From Octopus vulgaris (Eukaryota), in contig OX597815.1 in NCBI GenBank assembly GCA_951406725.2, forward strand, positions 189,864,001-189,926,000: a stretch of DNA of 62,000 nucleotides. Reading direction: 5' to 3'. Below, piece by piece: positions 1 to 12,610 of this stretch. A program made the translations under genes and the position numbers. Within the stretch, counting starts at the first letter, position 1; every line of letters begins with the position of its first letter. The notes under the pieces are model-generated. The model was not told the origin of the DNA, did no database searches, and saw only the letters and a program-made list of their open reading frames with translations.

Positions 1-40
<40 letters not shown>

Positions 41-43
41 TAC

Positions 44-207
44 TACGGGCTTCTTTCAGTTTCCGTCTACCAAATCCACTCACAAGGCTTTGGTCGGCCT
101 GAGGCAATAGTAGAAGACACTTGCCTAAGGTGCCACGCAGTGGGACTGAACCGGAACCATGTGGTTGGTAAACAAGCTACTTACCACACAGCCACTCCTG
201 TGCCTAT
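44..207 (-). mobile_element. tRNA-derived SINE family A, 5' half (cut by window edge at the central (AT)n)
   Basis: Reverse complement of head GGAGTGGCTGTGTGGTAAG...GGTTCAGTCCC (box A/B-like) and core GGCACCTTAGGCAAGTGTCTTCTAC...GTGGATTTGGTAGACGGAAACTG, repeated >15 times in the window. Confidence 0.9.
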
Positions 208-257
208 GGAAAAATAAACATTAATGTTTTTTTCTTTCTTCACAGGTTTCTTTATAT

Positions 258-453
258 CATCATCATCATCATTGTTGTTTAACGTCCGTTTTCCATGCTA
301 GCATGGGTTGGAGGGTTCGACCGGGATCTGGGAGGCCAGGAGGCTGCACCAGGCTCCAGTCTGATCTGGCAGTGTTTCTACAGCTGGATACCCTTCCTAA
401 CTCCAACCACTCTGTGAGTGTAGTGGGTGCTTTTTACGTGCCACCGGCACAGG
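258..453 (-). mobile_element. RTE LINE 3' end fragment with (GAT)n tail
   Basis: Matches the 3' UTR of the long RTE at 39041-42446 (CATCATCAT...TTTAACGTCCGTTTTCCATGCTAGCATGGGTTGG). Confidence 0.9.
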
Positions 454-1065
454 GGAAAAATGAATTAAAAAGGCTTTTCTGATAATTTCTCCACTTTAAC
501 GATTAGATGTTCATAAGTTCACAAAAAGGTGACTCAGATAGGAGTTTGAAAACCACTTTTAAGGGAGAAATTCCTATCAGAGTCACACTTTTGTAAGCTT
601 ATAAAGATCCAGTTATTAAAGTAATCTTATTAGAGTGTGAAAAGAGGGTTAGGGTTTTTTGAATAACTGTGTGTTTCTTAAATGGCTTACAAACACCTTC
701 CACACTGCAATTGTTTTCATTCCAGCACACGATCTCAGATCAAATCACTTGCCTTGCGAGTACATCTCCGTAATATATGGAGGTTACTGTAACTAAATTT
801 ACATCGATTTTATCTTTTAAAATTAGTTTACATGAAAGCCATATCAGATACAGTATGCTGTATGAATTCAAAATGTGATCTTCAGCAATCAAAGCAGAAA
901 GAAATATTCATTCTGTCTATGAAAATGAAGCTTTGAGAGTCTGGACATACTAAAAATGGTTTGGTCAGTTTTGCTCAGGAAATTTTTCTCTTGCAGATTC
1001 CCATCGATCTGAATTACAAAGTTCAGCCAATATCGAGTTTCTGAAAACCTTATTTACTCTTTACA

Positions 1066-1281
1066 CTTTCTTTACTCTTTTACATGTTTCAGTCATTTGA
1101 CTGCAACCATGCTGGAGCACCGCCTTTAGTCGAGCAAATCGACCCCGGGACTTATTCTTTGTAAGCCCAGTACTTTTTCTATCGGTCCCTTTTGCTGAAC
1201 CGCTAAGTGACGGGGATGTAAACACACCAGCATCGGTTGTCAAGCAATGCTAGGAGGACAAACACAGACACACAAACACAT

Positions 1282-1329
<48 letters not shown>

Positions 1330-1490
1330 CAGACTTCTTTCAGTTTCCGTCTACCAAATCCACTCACAAGGCATTGGTCGGCCCGTTGCTATAGCAGAAG
1401 ACACTTGCCCAAGATGCCACACAGTGGGACTGAACCCGGAACCATGTGGTTGGTTAGCAAGCTACTTACCACACAGCCACTCCTGTGCCT
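1066..1490 (-). mobile_element. SINE family A, full length
   Basis: Head, core, central (AT)/(AC)n and 3' tail all present; inserted in the mariner. Confidence 0.92.
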
Positions 1491-2135
1491 TTGATGAAAA
1501 TTCCAAGCAAGCTGGATGAGAATTAAGAAAACAATTCAGTTCAAGTCCCACTTTGATCATAAAGCACCTTCACGAATTAGAAAAAGTGTCTAAACTTGGT
1601 CAGATTGCTTCTCAGCTTAACCAAGGAGTTACTTTCTGCTTGTCATTGAAGATGGAACTGCAACAAAACCTCTTCAAGATAGAATCATCACAAATGATGG
1701 AAAGTTGGTTCCCTACAACCATATTCAATGAAAAACGATAATGGTTAGCAGCTAATGAGAAAAACAAATCAGAGCTAAGTTACATTCTTTGTCTGGTAGG
1801 ACATGAAGAGTGTTGGCTGCCATAGAGTTTTGAACCAAAATAGAACATTTAATACAAATACTGGAATCATTACACAAACTTTCGTAGAACAAGTGCAAAG
1901 TAATTCAGGAAATGATTACGACAGCAAATATGAATGTTTTGTCTCATTCTCCTTACTCGTCTGGTCTTGTTCCATCTGACTGTTATCATTTCAGATCATT
2001 GCAGCATTTTTTAGAAGGAAATTAGCTTATTAATTGTGAAAAGGTTGAAAATGGTGTGGAGTGCTTCTTTGCTTTGCAACTTGAAGAATTTTACAATTCG
2101 CCAAATAGATGGGATTATGTTATCAATGTTATCAG

Positions 2136-2314
2136 GTACAGGAGTAGCTGTGGTGTGATAAGTAGCTTGCTTACCAACCACATGGTTCTGGGTTCAGTCC
2201 CACTGCATAGCATCTTGGGCAAGTGTCTTCTACTATAGCCTCAGGCTGACCAAAGCCTTGTGAGTGGATTTGGAAGACAGAAACTGAAAGAAGCATGTCG
2301 TATGTGTGTGTGTA

Positions 2315-2369
<55 letters not shown>

Positions 2370-2570
2370 CTGTGTATGCGTGCATGTGTATTCGTTTGTC
2401 TGTGTTTGTATGTTTATGTCCCCATCACTTAGCAGTTCAGCGAAAGAGACCAATAGAATAAGTTATAGGCTTACAATGAATAAGTCCTGGGGCTGGTATG
2501 TTCTGCTAAAGGTGGTGCTCCAGCATGGCTGCAGTCAAATGACTGAAACAAGTAGATAAGTAATAAAGAG
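2136..2570 (+). mobile_element. SINE family A, full length
   Basis: GGAGTAGCTGTGG head, (GT)n centre, CAGTCAAATGACTGAAACAAGTA tail. Confidence 0.9.
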
Positions 2571-2668
2571 GGGAAATATTATCTTGATTAGATATATTAC
2601 TTAAGACCAAAGGAATATTGTTTCTTTTCCACCTGGAAGTGCTACTGTCATTTCTTCCCAACCTCTCT

Positions 2669-3065
2669 TTCTCTTTTACTCTTTTACTAGTTTCAGTCAT
2701 TTGACTGCGACCATGCTGGAGCACCGCCTTTAGTCGAGCAAATCGACCCCAGGACTTATTCTTTGTAAGCCCATTACTTATTCTATCGGACTCTTTTGCC
2801 GAACCGCTAAGTGACGGGGACCTAAACACACCAGCATCGGTTGTCAAGCAATGCTAGGGTGACAAACACAGACGCACAAACATATGCACATACATATATA
2901 CGACAGGCTTCTTTCAGTTTCCGTCTACCAAATCCACTCACAAGGCATTGGTCAGCCCGAGGCTATAGCAGAAGACACTTGCCCAAGATGCCACACAGTG
3001 GGACTGAACCCAGAACCATGTGGCTGGTAAGCAAGCTACTTACCACACAACCACTCCTATGCCTA
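2669..3065 (-). mobile_element. SINE family A, full length
   Basis: Same family sequence; (CTCTTTTA)n tail on + strand. Confidence 0.92.
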
Positions 3066-3356
3066 ATTCTTAGAAATTTAAATTGTTGTTCATAAACCCA
3101 TCATCATTTAATTTCCACTTGCATTGGTCAGATTAAATTTGTTAAGGCATATTTTCTACAGCCTGATGCCCTAGAAATTTAATGAAAATACACTGTAGCT
3201 GTTATTTGATTTGGAGGTCAATGCAGCCAAAATAGAAATGGGAAATAATTGTTGTGGGATTATCAAAATTTATTTAAAGGATTCAAAGTTTGTAACAGCT
3301 AAAACAAACAGTTATGAGAACAATAGGAAGAAAGAAATTTGTGAAGAATTTTTGAA

Positions 3357-3588
3357 GGCAGTGAGCTGGCAGAAACGTTAGCATGCTGGGCGAAATGCTC
3401 ATCAGTATTTCGTCTGTCTTTAAGTTCTGAGTTCAAATTCCGCCGAGGTCGACTTTGCCTTTCATCCTTTCGGGGTCGATTAGATAAGTACCAGTGACAC
3501 ACTGGGGTTGATATAATCGACTTAATCTATTTGTCAGTCCTTGTTTGTCCCCTCTGTGTGTAGCCCCTTGTGGGCAGTAAAGAAATAA
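3357..3588 (+). mobile_element. tRNA-derived SINE family B (central GCCTTTCATCCTTTCGGGGTCG block, Meta-domain-like)
   Basis: GGCAGTGAGCTGGCAGAA head, GAGTTCAAATTCC box B; flanked by an approximately 20-bp direct repeat AATTTGTGAAGAAT(C)TTTTGA (TSD). Confidence 0.9.
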
Positions 3589-3927
3589 GGAATTTGTGAA
3601 GAATCTTTTGAGAATTAATACATATGAGAGTCAACAACTATCAAAACGGTTGCAAGATAACGAAAATTTTAGTAAAAATGAATAAGTAAATGAAAGGAAA
3701 TCAGACTGGTGAGTGTGTTAAATCAATAAGGCATTAAAAGAGAATGACTCACCCCAGACACAATAAAATATGCTTCAACACACGAATTCACATAAAGAAT
3801 CTTGTAAACCAAATACAAAAACAAAATATATATGTAATGCTTTTATACTAGTATTGCTTATATATTACCAGTGTTGTTTATATAATGAACTATGTACATC
3901 AGCAGCTCAGTTAAAAATTATATTTTA

Positions 3928-4293
3928 CTAGCAGTATCGCCTGGCGTTGCTCGGGTTTGTAAGGGAAATAACTATATAAGCATTTTTAGAGAGTTATAGC
4001 CAAAAAATAGCAAAAAAATGCATTAAAAATGGAAAAAAAATTATGGTAATTTTTTTTTTAAATCGTTGACTCATCGTAGACATTTTTAGAGTTACTTCCC
4101 TTATATAATAGCGAGAAAAAATGCATTAAAATCATAGACTTATCGTAGACACGCGCTAATACCCAGAAGGGCTCGATATGAATCATGACTATAAGATACC
4201 CGGTTTTAGTTAAACTGCACCGCAAAATGTGTGAGTAGTTAGGAATCTAAATCATAGGAGACAGACACACAACTTCACTTTTATATATAAAGA
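3928..4293 (-). mobile_element. Non-autonomous Helitron
   Basis: On - strand starts A|TC, ends CCCGAGCAACGCCAGGCGATACTGCTAG|T (subterminal hairpin plus CTAG); related copies at 15098 and 31647. Confidence 0.8.
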
Positions 4294-5532
4294 TGTGTTA
4301 GGAAAGCATAACTATATCATATATATATATATATATATATATACCCAGGCCTATTCCTCATTTTTTTTGTGATGAGTGGGTAACCACAGCAAGACACACA
4401 CCAGGCATTCCATTTATTCCTCAGCTCAAAGGAGCGAGCCCGGTTCTATGCTCAGGTCAAGGGTGTGGGTTCGACTACTGCACCAGTGGGGCATTGCATT
4501 CTTGAGCAGAGCACTTAATTTTACATTGCTCCAGTTTGCTCAGCTATAATAAATAGCATCCAGGAACTGAAACAGCCCTCACTCCCTCAATGCAACCCCC
4601 AATATGAGCAGCAGGGCCTGACAAACTATGCTAGTTTATCCCAGCAAATAAGTATATCATAAGAATTGAAATTTATAGGAATTTGCTTAATATTTATTAT
4701 TTTTTTTATAGGAAAGTAATAAATCATAATAAACCATAATAAATCATTGCTTAAAGAGTACTAACTGTTATACAATAAATTAACATCGTCCAAATACATG
4801 TTATTTTTATGTATAATTATAGAACTGAACATAAAGTCAAGACAGTTTTATGAATGCTATTGAGATTTGTTAAACACCTCTAAATGCTGATGTGAGGAAA
4901 TCACAGTATCTCCATTTAAATGTTTCAGTTGGCTATGGAGTTATTCTGGTGACCACAATACTTAGAATTGAATAGCTTCCAAGATCTTTTTAGCACTACT
5001 TTTATCAATACTAAAGAGAAGAATGGCCAAATCATGGCAGACAACGTTCTGACTCAGAACCACAAGGCATGGCAAACTAATAACGATATTTTATTTTTCT
5101 TTGCTGTACTATACACTGATTAAGTATAAAAGTATAAAAAAAAAATAAGAAAAATAAAATTGAAAGAAACGGAAAGAAAGAGAAATCTAGCTTAAGAGAT
5201 GTAGCAAAATTTGTGCCAAAAACGTAATTATTCCTAATTTGAAATGCAATGTAATGTTGAATTGTAAGAAATGTAATGTAACGTAGGATTTTTTTTTAAT
5301 AAACATATAATTTTAGCTCTGCTGAGAAATATAAACAAAGCAGTGTAAATTAAATAATTAATCATATTTGGCAATAATGAAATTTTTTTTTAAATGTTTA
5401 TTTTTTAAGCTATAGAATTTAACTGGATATGGCAACCAAATATTAGTGAACGCATACTATGGTATTGATGTTAAACTAAGGATAGCCTATGACCAAAAGA
5501 TTTCCAGTCATGAACCACCCCATTTCTTTTAA

Positions 5533-5751
5533 CCCTTTAGTATTTAAACCGGCCATATCCGGCCAAAATAGCTAATCTGTTTTATGTTCAAAGTGACCAG
5601 ATCCAGGCCCTCACACCTACCCTACAATGTTATTCCACATTAAGTAATTACACCATCAAGATCTTGAAGATATGAGATAATGCATGATTAATTCAAATCA
5701 ATGGGAATCAATAAGCATTATGTTTGATAGAATAATCTGAACACTAAAGGG
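5533..5751. mobile_element. piggyBac-type MITE
   Basis: TTAA|CCCTTTAGT ... ACTAAAGGG|TTAA. Confidence 0.75.
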
Positions 5752-5824
5752 TTAAGCAATATGCATCCAGAACCAATGTGTCCTCTCCCTTCAAAGATGT
5801 CAGATTATGATATGAAGGAGAATA

Positions 5825-6072
5825 CGTCGTTGTGTGTATGTTCGTGTGTGTGTGTGAGTGTGTGTGTTTGTTTGTGTTTGTTCCCAACCACCACTTGACA
5901 ACTGGTGTTGGTGTGTTTACGTCCCTGTAACTTAGCAGATCAGCAAAAGAAACCAATAGAATAAGTACCAGAGTTTAAAAAAAGTGCTGGGGTTGATTTA
6001 TTTGATTAAAATTCTTCAAGGAAGTGTCCCAGCATGGCAGCAGTTTAAACAAGTAAAAGTAAAATAAAGAGA
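5825..6072 (+). mobile_element. SINE family A, 3' half (older copy)
   Basis: (GT)n, CCACTTGACAACTGGTGTTGGTGTG, CCAGCATGGC tail. Confidence 0.8.
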
Positions 6073-6087
6073 AGATATACATATATA

Positions 6088-6310
6088 GAGGCGCAATGGC
6101 CTAGTGGTTAGGGCAGCGGACTCGCGGTCGCAGGATCGCGGTTTCGATTCTCAGATCGGGCGTTGTGTGTGTTTATTGAGCGAAAACACCTAAAAGCTCT
6201 ACGAGGCTCCGGCAGGGGGTGGTGATCCCTGCTGTACTCTTTCACCACAATGGCGGTGCCCCAGCATGGCCACAGCTCAAGAGCTGAAACTGGAAAAACA
6301 AAAACAAAAT
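6088..6310 (+). mobile_element. tRNA-derived SINE family C head joined to a family-A-type tail
   Basis: GAGGCGCAATGGCCTAGTGGTTAGGG box A, GGTTTCGATTC box B; ends GGCGGTGCCCCAGCATGGCCACAGCTCAAGAGCTGAAAC. Confidence 0.8.
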
Positions 6311-6410
6311 ATAGCTTACTATACATGCTTGATTTTAGGTTTTCTATTTTCCTTGTAATGGGCCTGAGATTTTAGGTAAATACCCAGTTTGTACTTGGAA
6401 TGTGTGTGAA

Positions 6411-6674
6411 GGCGCATGGCTTAGTGGTTAGGGCATTTGGCTCACGATTGTAAGGTCGTGAGTTCGATTCCCGGCGACGCATCGTGTCCTTGAGCAAGAC
6501 ACTTTATTTCATGTTGCTACAGTCCACTCAGCTGGAGTTGTACCAATATTTCTACATTAGGGGTACACGTGTCTGTGGATTGCTCAGTCACTTGCACGTT
6601 AATTTCACAAGCAGGCTGTTCCATTGATCGTATCAGCTGGGACCCTCGTCGTCGTAACTGACAGAGTGCTCCTG
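6411..6674 (+). mobile_element. tRNA-derived SINE family D (CORE-like GTGTCCTTGAGCAAGACACTT)
   Basis: GGCGCATGGCTTAGTGG box A, GAGTTCGATTCC box B; CTTGGAATGTGT repeated on both sides; second copy at 32718. Confidence 0.85.
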
Positions 6675-7353
6675 CTTGGAATGTGTCCAGAAAAGAGATA
6701 TACTTAAAAGTTCGCAATTTTAATTTTCTTGCATGCAACAAAAAGAGAATGTTTCTTACCTCCTGTTTCAGATATTGGTGGATATGCCCAGTATTTGTCA
6801 GGACGCTTACATGTTCTATTTAATGCCACTACTGTTATATAGCTTTAACAGCTTCCCTCAACGTGATTGTAGAGGGAAGCTGCTAAATCTTTCAGCTACC
6901 AGATGTAGTTTGACTCTGAAGTGGAGCTGTGCTTTCTACAGTCGATGAATGAATGTGGTTATTATGTGTATTGGTTCGTGAATACATTTTCAGTGAACCT
7001 GAAAGCACTTCTTGGCTGAAAACAATTAAATATATTTCTACAGCTAAATTCATGCTAAGGTGATTGTGCAGTGTTTCTGGAAACGTCCTTGGGCTGAAAT
7101 TTGTGACTTTGTGTTGCCTGAATAATTACAGAAGATCTCAACAGAATGCTTATCAAATATTTTTGTGGTATCTACGAGAAGTGGGGAAGTGTGTACGTAT
7201 AAGGATTAGGAAGCATTTTGCGTTATTTGTGAAGACGTTTATACTGTATAGTCTAAAACGTTATTTTCCTGTTTCCGTGTTTAGTTAATCTTAATGCTGT
7301 GTTTACATATGACTAGTCTTGCCATTAGAAATCATTTCAGAATGATCAATACC

Positions 7354-7760
7354 CTTTTACTTGTTTCAGTCATTTGACTGTGGCCATGGTGGAGCACCAC
7401 CTTAAGTCGAGCAAATCGACCCCAGAACTTATTCTTTGTAAGCCTAGTACTTATTCTAGCGGTTTCTTTTGCCAAACCGCTAAGTAACGGGGGTGTAAAC
7501 ACACCAGCATCGGTTGTCAAGCGATGTTGGGTTGGGGGACAAACACACACACACAAACATATACACACATACATACATATATATATACATATATACGACG
7601 GGATTCTTTCAGTTTCCATCTGCCAAATCCACTCACAAGGCTTTGGTCGGCCCGAGGCTATAGTAGAAGACACTTCTCCAAAGTGCCACACAGTGGGACT
7701 GAACCCGGAACAATGTGGTTCATAAGCAAGCTATTTACCATACAACCACTCCTACCCCTA
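7354..7760 (-). mobile_element. SINE family A, full length
   Basis: Family sequence on - strand. Confidence 0.92.
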
Positions 7761-8103
7761 TGTAGAAATTAATAAGGAATGGTTTACGATTTTAGCTAAA
7801 TAAGTTACACATTACTGTTTCTATTGAGTACTTTTCTCCTGCTTGTTGCCACCAAACAGCAACAAAAGTCTGTGCCTGCTTCATGTCGGATGAGCTTTGT
7901 AATTGATCAGAGAATGTTAGCTGAATAATGGAAAAGCACACAATTAAGTACTAGCAGAAAAGAATTGGTATACTACCAATAAAACTATACACAAGCATCT
8001 GAATCTGAAAGAATGTTCAGAAGAACGAAATTGATGCCAGTCTCCTTCAACAAAGTTATTTCCATCTCCTCTCCTCTATGCATGTCTTTGGTTTCAGACC
8101 TAT

Positions 8104-8135
<32 letters not shown>

Positions 8136-8349
8136 ATCAGTTGGTTAGCATGTTGCCAATTGTGGTTATTAGCTCAGTAACCTCCAGCATGTAATTGGCT
8201 TGTAGTGTACACTACGGTAATACTAGTCAATTAATATTCCCGTTTTATCACCCAACCACAAGATTTTAATGAGATCCGGTATTCTGTAACTACAATGTCT
8301 GTAGCAGCATTAGTTACACACAACTTTCGTTGAACAAATATAATAAATT

Positions 8350-8625
8350 AAGATGAATAGACAATGACAGTTCAATGCATGCTACAAATGTTTCTATAGC
8401 ATGGTGATTTATTTGCAATTGGTGTCTTAGAAAAGTAGCGGACCAAAATTATTAGCCACCTCTGAACCACTGATAGAAAAAAAGTTGCTATTTTTTATTG
8501 ATGGTTCAGGATACCTGATGAAATGGTGGATAATTCTGACTTTCACAATATACCAATTGCAAATAGATTACTATAAGTTTGGAACATTTGTAGCATTCAT
8601 TGAAATGTGATTGTTCATTCATCTT
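8350..8625. mobile_element. Old fold-back/MITE-like element
   Basis: Imperfect about 75-bp inverted arms AAGATGAAT..GCTACAAATGTT..TTTGCAATTGG / CCAATTGCAAA..AACATTTGTAGC..ATTCATCTT. Confidence 0.6.
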
Positions 8626-8651
8626 CAGTTAGTGTATATGCACATGTGTGT

Positions 8652-8690
<39 letters not shown>

Positions 8691-8744
8691 TATGTATGTA
8701 CATATGTATAGTAACAGAAAGGGAGGAATTTCGATTATCCCCAT

Positions 8745-10416
8745 GTGGTGAGTTGTAATATGTATATGAAATTAAAGAAGGAAAATGCACACTTTACATA
8801 GTTTTAATATAATTTTTAATACATCATATATTGTGTTTGTTGACCGGTTTCACTTTCTCTAATCCTGACTTTAAAATATATTTAAATGTGTATCTTCTTA
8901 AGAAAAAACTTTTTGTCCATGTCTGAGGAGTTTATGAATGAATCATTCAACAAGTAGAAAAATTTAAATGCAGTTAAATTAGATATTTCCATTCTAAATT
9001 GTTGAAGTTTGAATTAATTTTTCGCTTATGGAAAGTATTTGGGAAATTCTGGATATGGTCACAGAAGTCATCTAGTGTTTTATTCCTACATTTAGGTGGA
9101 AGATTATTGCTTCTGTCTTTAACCAGTGATTCATCCTCGTTGTTGTAGTCAGTTAGTGCTTCTGTGAGTCATAGTTTTCTGCAGAATTCTGAAATATTGT
9201 TTTTAAATTCATTATGGTTAACTCTTCGTGGGGTTGGAATGAACTTTAATCCTTTAACTAGTATATTGATCTTTGTTGCAGAGAGATTTTTCTTTGATAA
9301 ATTTGTTACTTTGGGTTTCTCCGAGGAGTTTTGTTCCAACATGTGTCCCTGTTTCTCTCCACTCGGTCTAAAAAAATTTACTGTAATTTGGTTGGTAGAA
9401 GTTAGTATTATTTATATCATTAATTATATCAGTATTGTTATTGTTATTATTATATTGGGATTACTGGGAGGTTGGTATTGCTGTCTAGGTTAACTGGTTT
9501 TACTTACGTGGTTCAGGTTTCTTCGTTGGAATAAATTGTTGAGGTGCTTAATTATGTTTAGGATGTTGAGGAGTTGGTTGTGCTGTCTGGGTAAATAGGT
9601 TGAGTTTCTTTGTTGAGAGGTAGAGGAAGTTTCTTGGACGTTTCTAGTTGCTGGGGAGTAAAATTTACTCCTAACCCTAGGTTGGTTTTTTCTAGAATGT
9701 CTTATTAGTGAGTTGTCCCTATTACTAGATTGAGAATGGGTTATTTCCAGGTGAGAAGTCAGTTTTGTGTGTTTGTGTTCTTTTGGATGTTTATAGTTAG
9801 ATCTCAGTGGACGTGTATTTATGTCTGTAGATGTACGTGTTCTAGATTTTTTTAGGAAGGGGTTATATGAAGTGTAGTCTCTTTTAAATTGAGTTTCGTA
9901 ACTAAGGAAGAAATTAAAACTGCTTTCCCATCGTTGCAGGGAATATATTTCTTCCGACTCACAGCTGTCTTTCCATAGTTTTATAACACTTTCCAAAAGT
10001 TGTTCATCAGCATGTTTAGTGAGTCTAGTAAGCATTTCTTCAGCGGTCGTTTCATATTTTTGTTCGTTATTCGATGCCCTGAGTTTAAGTAACTCAATCT
10101 CTATTTTCATTTTAATGTCATGATTGATGAAAGTGAAACCGGTCGACAAACAATATAAGATATATTAAAAATTATATTAAAACTATGTAAAGTGTGTACA
10201 TTTTCCTTCTTTAAATCCTTATCTATATAAATTGGAGCAATCTCGGGTATAACCAGCTGAAATTGATTGCAAAGATAATCTGACGCTCGACTGAGGATAG
10301 AAAACTCCGAATGATCCGTCCTTGTTTTCCTTGTATCATCTGTCTGGATATTTTGTTGTCCCTTTCTTGTTTCACCTAATAGTCTGGATGTTTTACGTTC
10401 TTGTCCCATTTTTGTG

Positions 10417-10420
<4 letters not shown>
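8745..10420 (-). mobile_element. Internally deleted Penelope-like element with inverted pseudo-LTRs
   Basis: ORF 9490-10149 continues, frameshifted, into NLSKKNLSATKINILVKGLKFIPTPRR (9224-9300), the LxKGLKFxPTP motif preceding PLE RT. 8770-8870 is an inverted copy of 10118-10215, and both carry GTGAAACCGGTC(G/A)AC. Confidence 0.75.
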
Positions 10421-10475
<55 letters not shown>

Positions 10476-10492
10476 TAGAGAGAGAGAGAGAG

Positions 10493-10551
<59 letters not shown>

Positions 10552-10838
10552 TAGATATAGATATATATGGATGTACGTATGTGTGTGTGTATATATACAT
10601 ACATACATACATACACACAGTAATCCCTCGACTATCGAGAGTGTTACGTTTCAAAGCCCCCATAGTAGGTAAAAATCCACGAAGTAGTGCACTGTATATT
10701 TTTTAAATTATTTTTATAATTTGTATATATTTATTTTATTATGGAAGCAAAACAACCCCACGGAGGATTCAACGTAAGCTTAAATAATAAGCTACGATAT
10801 GTGAGTCGTGATAGGTGAACCGCGATATGGCAAGGAAT

Positions 10839-10901
<63 letters not shown>

Positions 10902-11004
10902 GGAGTAAACACATAAATGTGAAACAAGGTGGAAAAAAAGAGTACTCAAATACCAGTGGTAGAGTAATATGCTTTATTTAAAGCAGCAGAAAATTCAACA
11001 AAAC

Positions 11005-11042
11005 CTGTTACTCTGAGTTTCCCGTTGCCGTTCATCGGACAG
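11005..11042 (-). ncRNA. Minimal type I hammerhead-like motif (core CCGAUGA), left arm of palindrome
   Basis: CUGU-CCGAUGA-A CG GCAA CG G-GAAAC-UCAGA-GUA-ACAG; stem I CUGU/ACAG. Confidence 0.65.
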
Positions 11043-11121
11043 TTTTTGCTAGAATGGAACCGATATGTCAATTCTATCCAGACTGGATAGAATAGACTTA
11101 TCGGTTCCATTCTAGCAAAAA

Positions 11122-11159
11122 CTGTCCGATGAACGGCAACGGGAAACTCAGCTTAACAG
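11122..11159 (+). ncRNA. Mirror-image hammerhead-like motif, right arm, stem III damaged
   Basis: CUGU-CCGAUGA...GAAAC-UCAGC-UUA-ACAG. Confidence 0.5.
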
Positions 11160-11190
11160 ATTTTGTTGAATTTTCTGCTGCTTTAAATAA

Positions 11191-11225
<35 letters not shown>

Positions 11226-11426
11226 ATGTATGTATGTATGTATGTATGTATGTATGTATGTATGTATGTATGTATGTATGTATGTATGTATGTGTGTGTT
11301 TGCGTGCGTATACACACACAGACACACACGGACATATACATAGATACATTTATAACAATCAAGGTTGAGAGATAATTCCAGGTAGATATAAAATAAGTCT
11401 CAGATGTCTCAGATGTCTCAGAAGTC

Positions 11427-11528
11427 TCCCTGATGAAGCTGTTTTACTAAATAGATTGTATTGATTAACTATTTAATTATCTAATTATATAATTAGCTCT
11501 TGGTAAATCAGCTGAAACCTGTGTCGGA
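11427..11528 (+). ncRNA. Type I hammerhead ribozyme motif with long stem II
   Basis: UCC-CUGAUGA-AGCUG.UUUUAC...GUAAA.U.CAGCU-GAAAC-CUGU-GUC-GGA; canonical core, 3-bp stem I. Confidence 0.7.
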
Positions 11529-11640
11529 TGTTTTATTTATTTGCTTATTAATGTCTATATTTTATGGATTTTATAGATATAAGAATAAATGAATAACTAA
11601 TTAATACACCAGTTTCCATTGTTAACTTTGTTTTATAAAT

Positions 11641-11673
<33 letters not shown>

Positions 11674-11731
11674 CATTTACGTATATATATGTATATATAT
11701 ATATGTATGTGTATATATATATGTGTGTATG

Positions 11732-11804
<73 letters not shown>

Positions 11805-11899
11805 CGGGAAGGTTTACGAAAATAATCAAAAGGCGAAGGCAGGAGGAGTACAAACAAACAATGTATTAGTATGGCTCTCAGGAATAGAAATAAAACAAG

Positions 11900-11937
11900 T
11901 CTTTTACGTTTCGAGCCTACGCTCTTCGACAGAAAGA
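11900..11937 (-). ncRNA. Minimal hammerhead-like motif (core CUGUCGA)
   Basis: UCUUU-CUGUCGA-A GAGC GUAG GCUC-GAAAC-GUA-AAAGA; stems perfect, A6 changed to U. Confidence 0.55.
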
Positions 11938-12000
11938 TACACAGAAAAGAAACAAGGAGAGAAAAAAATTGCGTGTAGGGGCTAACGATCCAACATGGCG

Positions 12001-12069
<69 letters not shown>

Positions 12070-12610
12070 GAAATTTTACCACTATGTGGAAACCCTTATG
12101 CTAGAAGAAGATCCGCTATGGTCTTAACCACTAAGAATTGTTCTCTAGAAAATTTAGCAAACACCAGAACCGTAAGCGAGCAAGACAAATGAAAAGTAAC
12201 AAAAATATAGATTATTCATAAACACATGTTTCACTATCAACAAATTACGTAATTTTACTTACATAGTGTATACATATGGTAGAGTAACCATGCTTCAAGC
12301 TCACCAAAAAGAATTATAGCTGTGCATCCAACCTGAACTCCAGCATTTTATGCTACATTATAATAAAAAAAACCAACTAATCAACCATATAACTTCCACC
12401 TTCAGTCTCTGCTGTTGGGTTTTTTATAAACTCTAGATTTTTCGCTCTAACTTGTAAGTAGTTCTACTACCCGTTGCTAGACATTCCACCCCCTTTCACA
12501 AATTGGATTAAAATGTTATCTCTGATTAGTAAAATCTTCTCTAACTTTGTTGCAAGTATGTATTTGCTCTCTTGCGAATGTTTTTTTACCATTTGCAGTT
12601 GCCATTCTAA

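Larger units (their letters stand above)
850..2600 (+). pseudogene. Decayed mariner-type transposase, split by two SINE insertions
   Basis: Pieces translate to MLYEFK..AERNIHSVY..KWF..GNFSLADSHRS (850-1050), RIITNDGKLVPYN (about 1680-1720), HSPYSSGLVPSDCYHFRSLQHFL (about 1945-2015), RWDYVIN and GKYYLD* (about 2571-2590); many stops and frameshifts. Confidence 0.75.
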
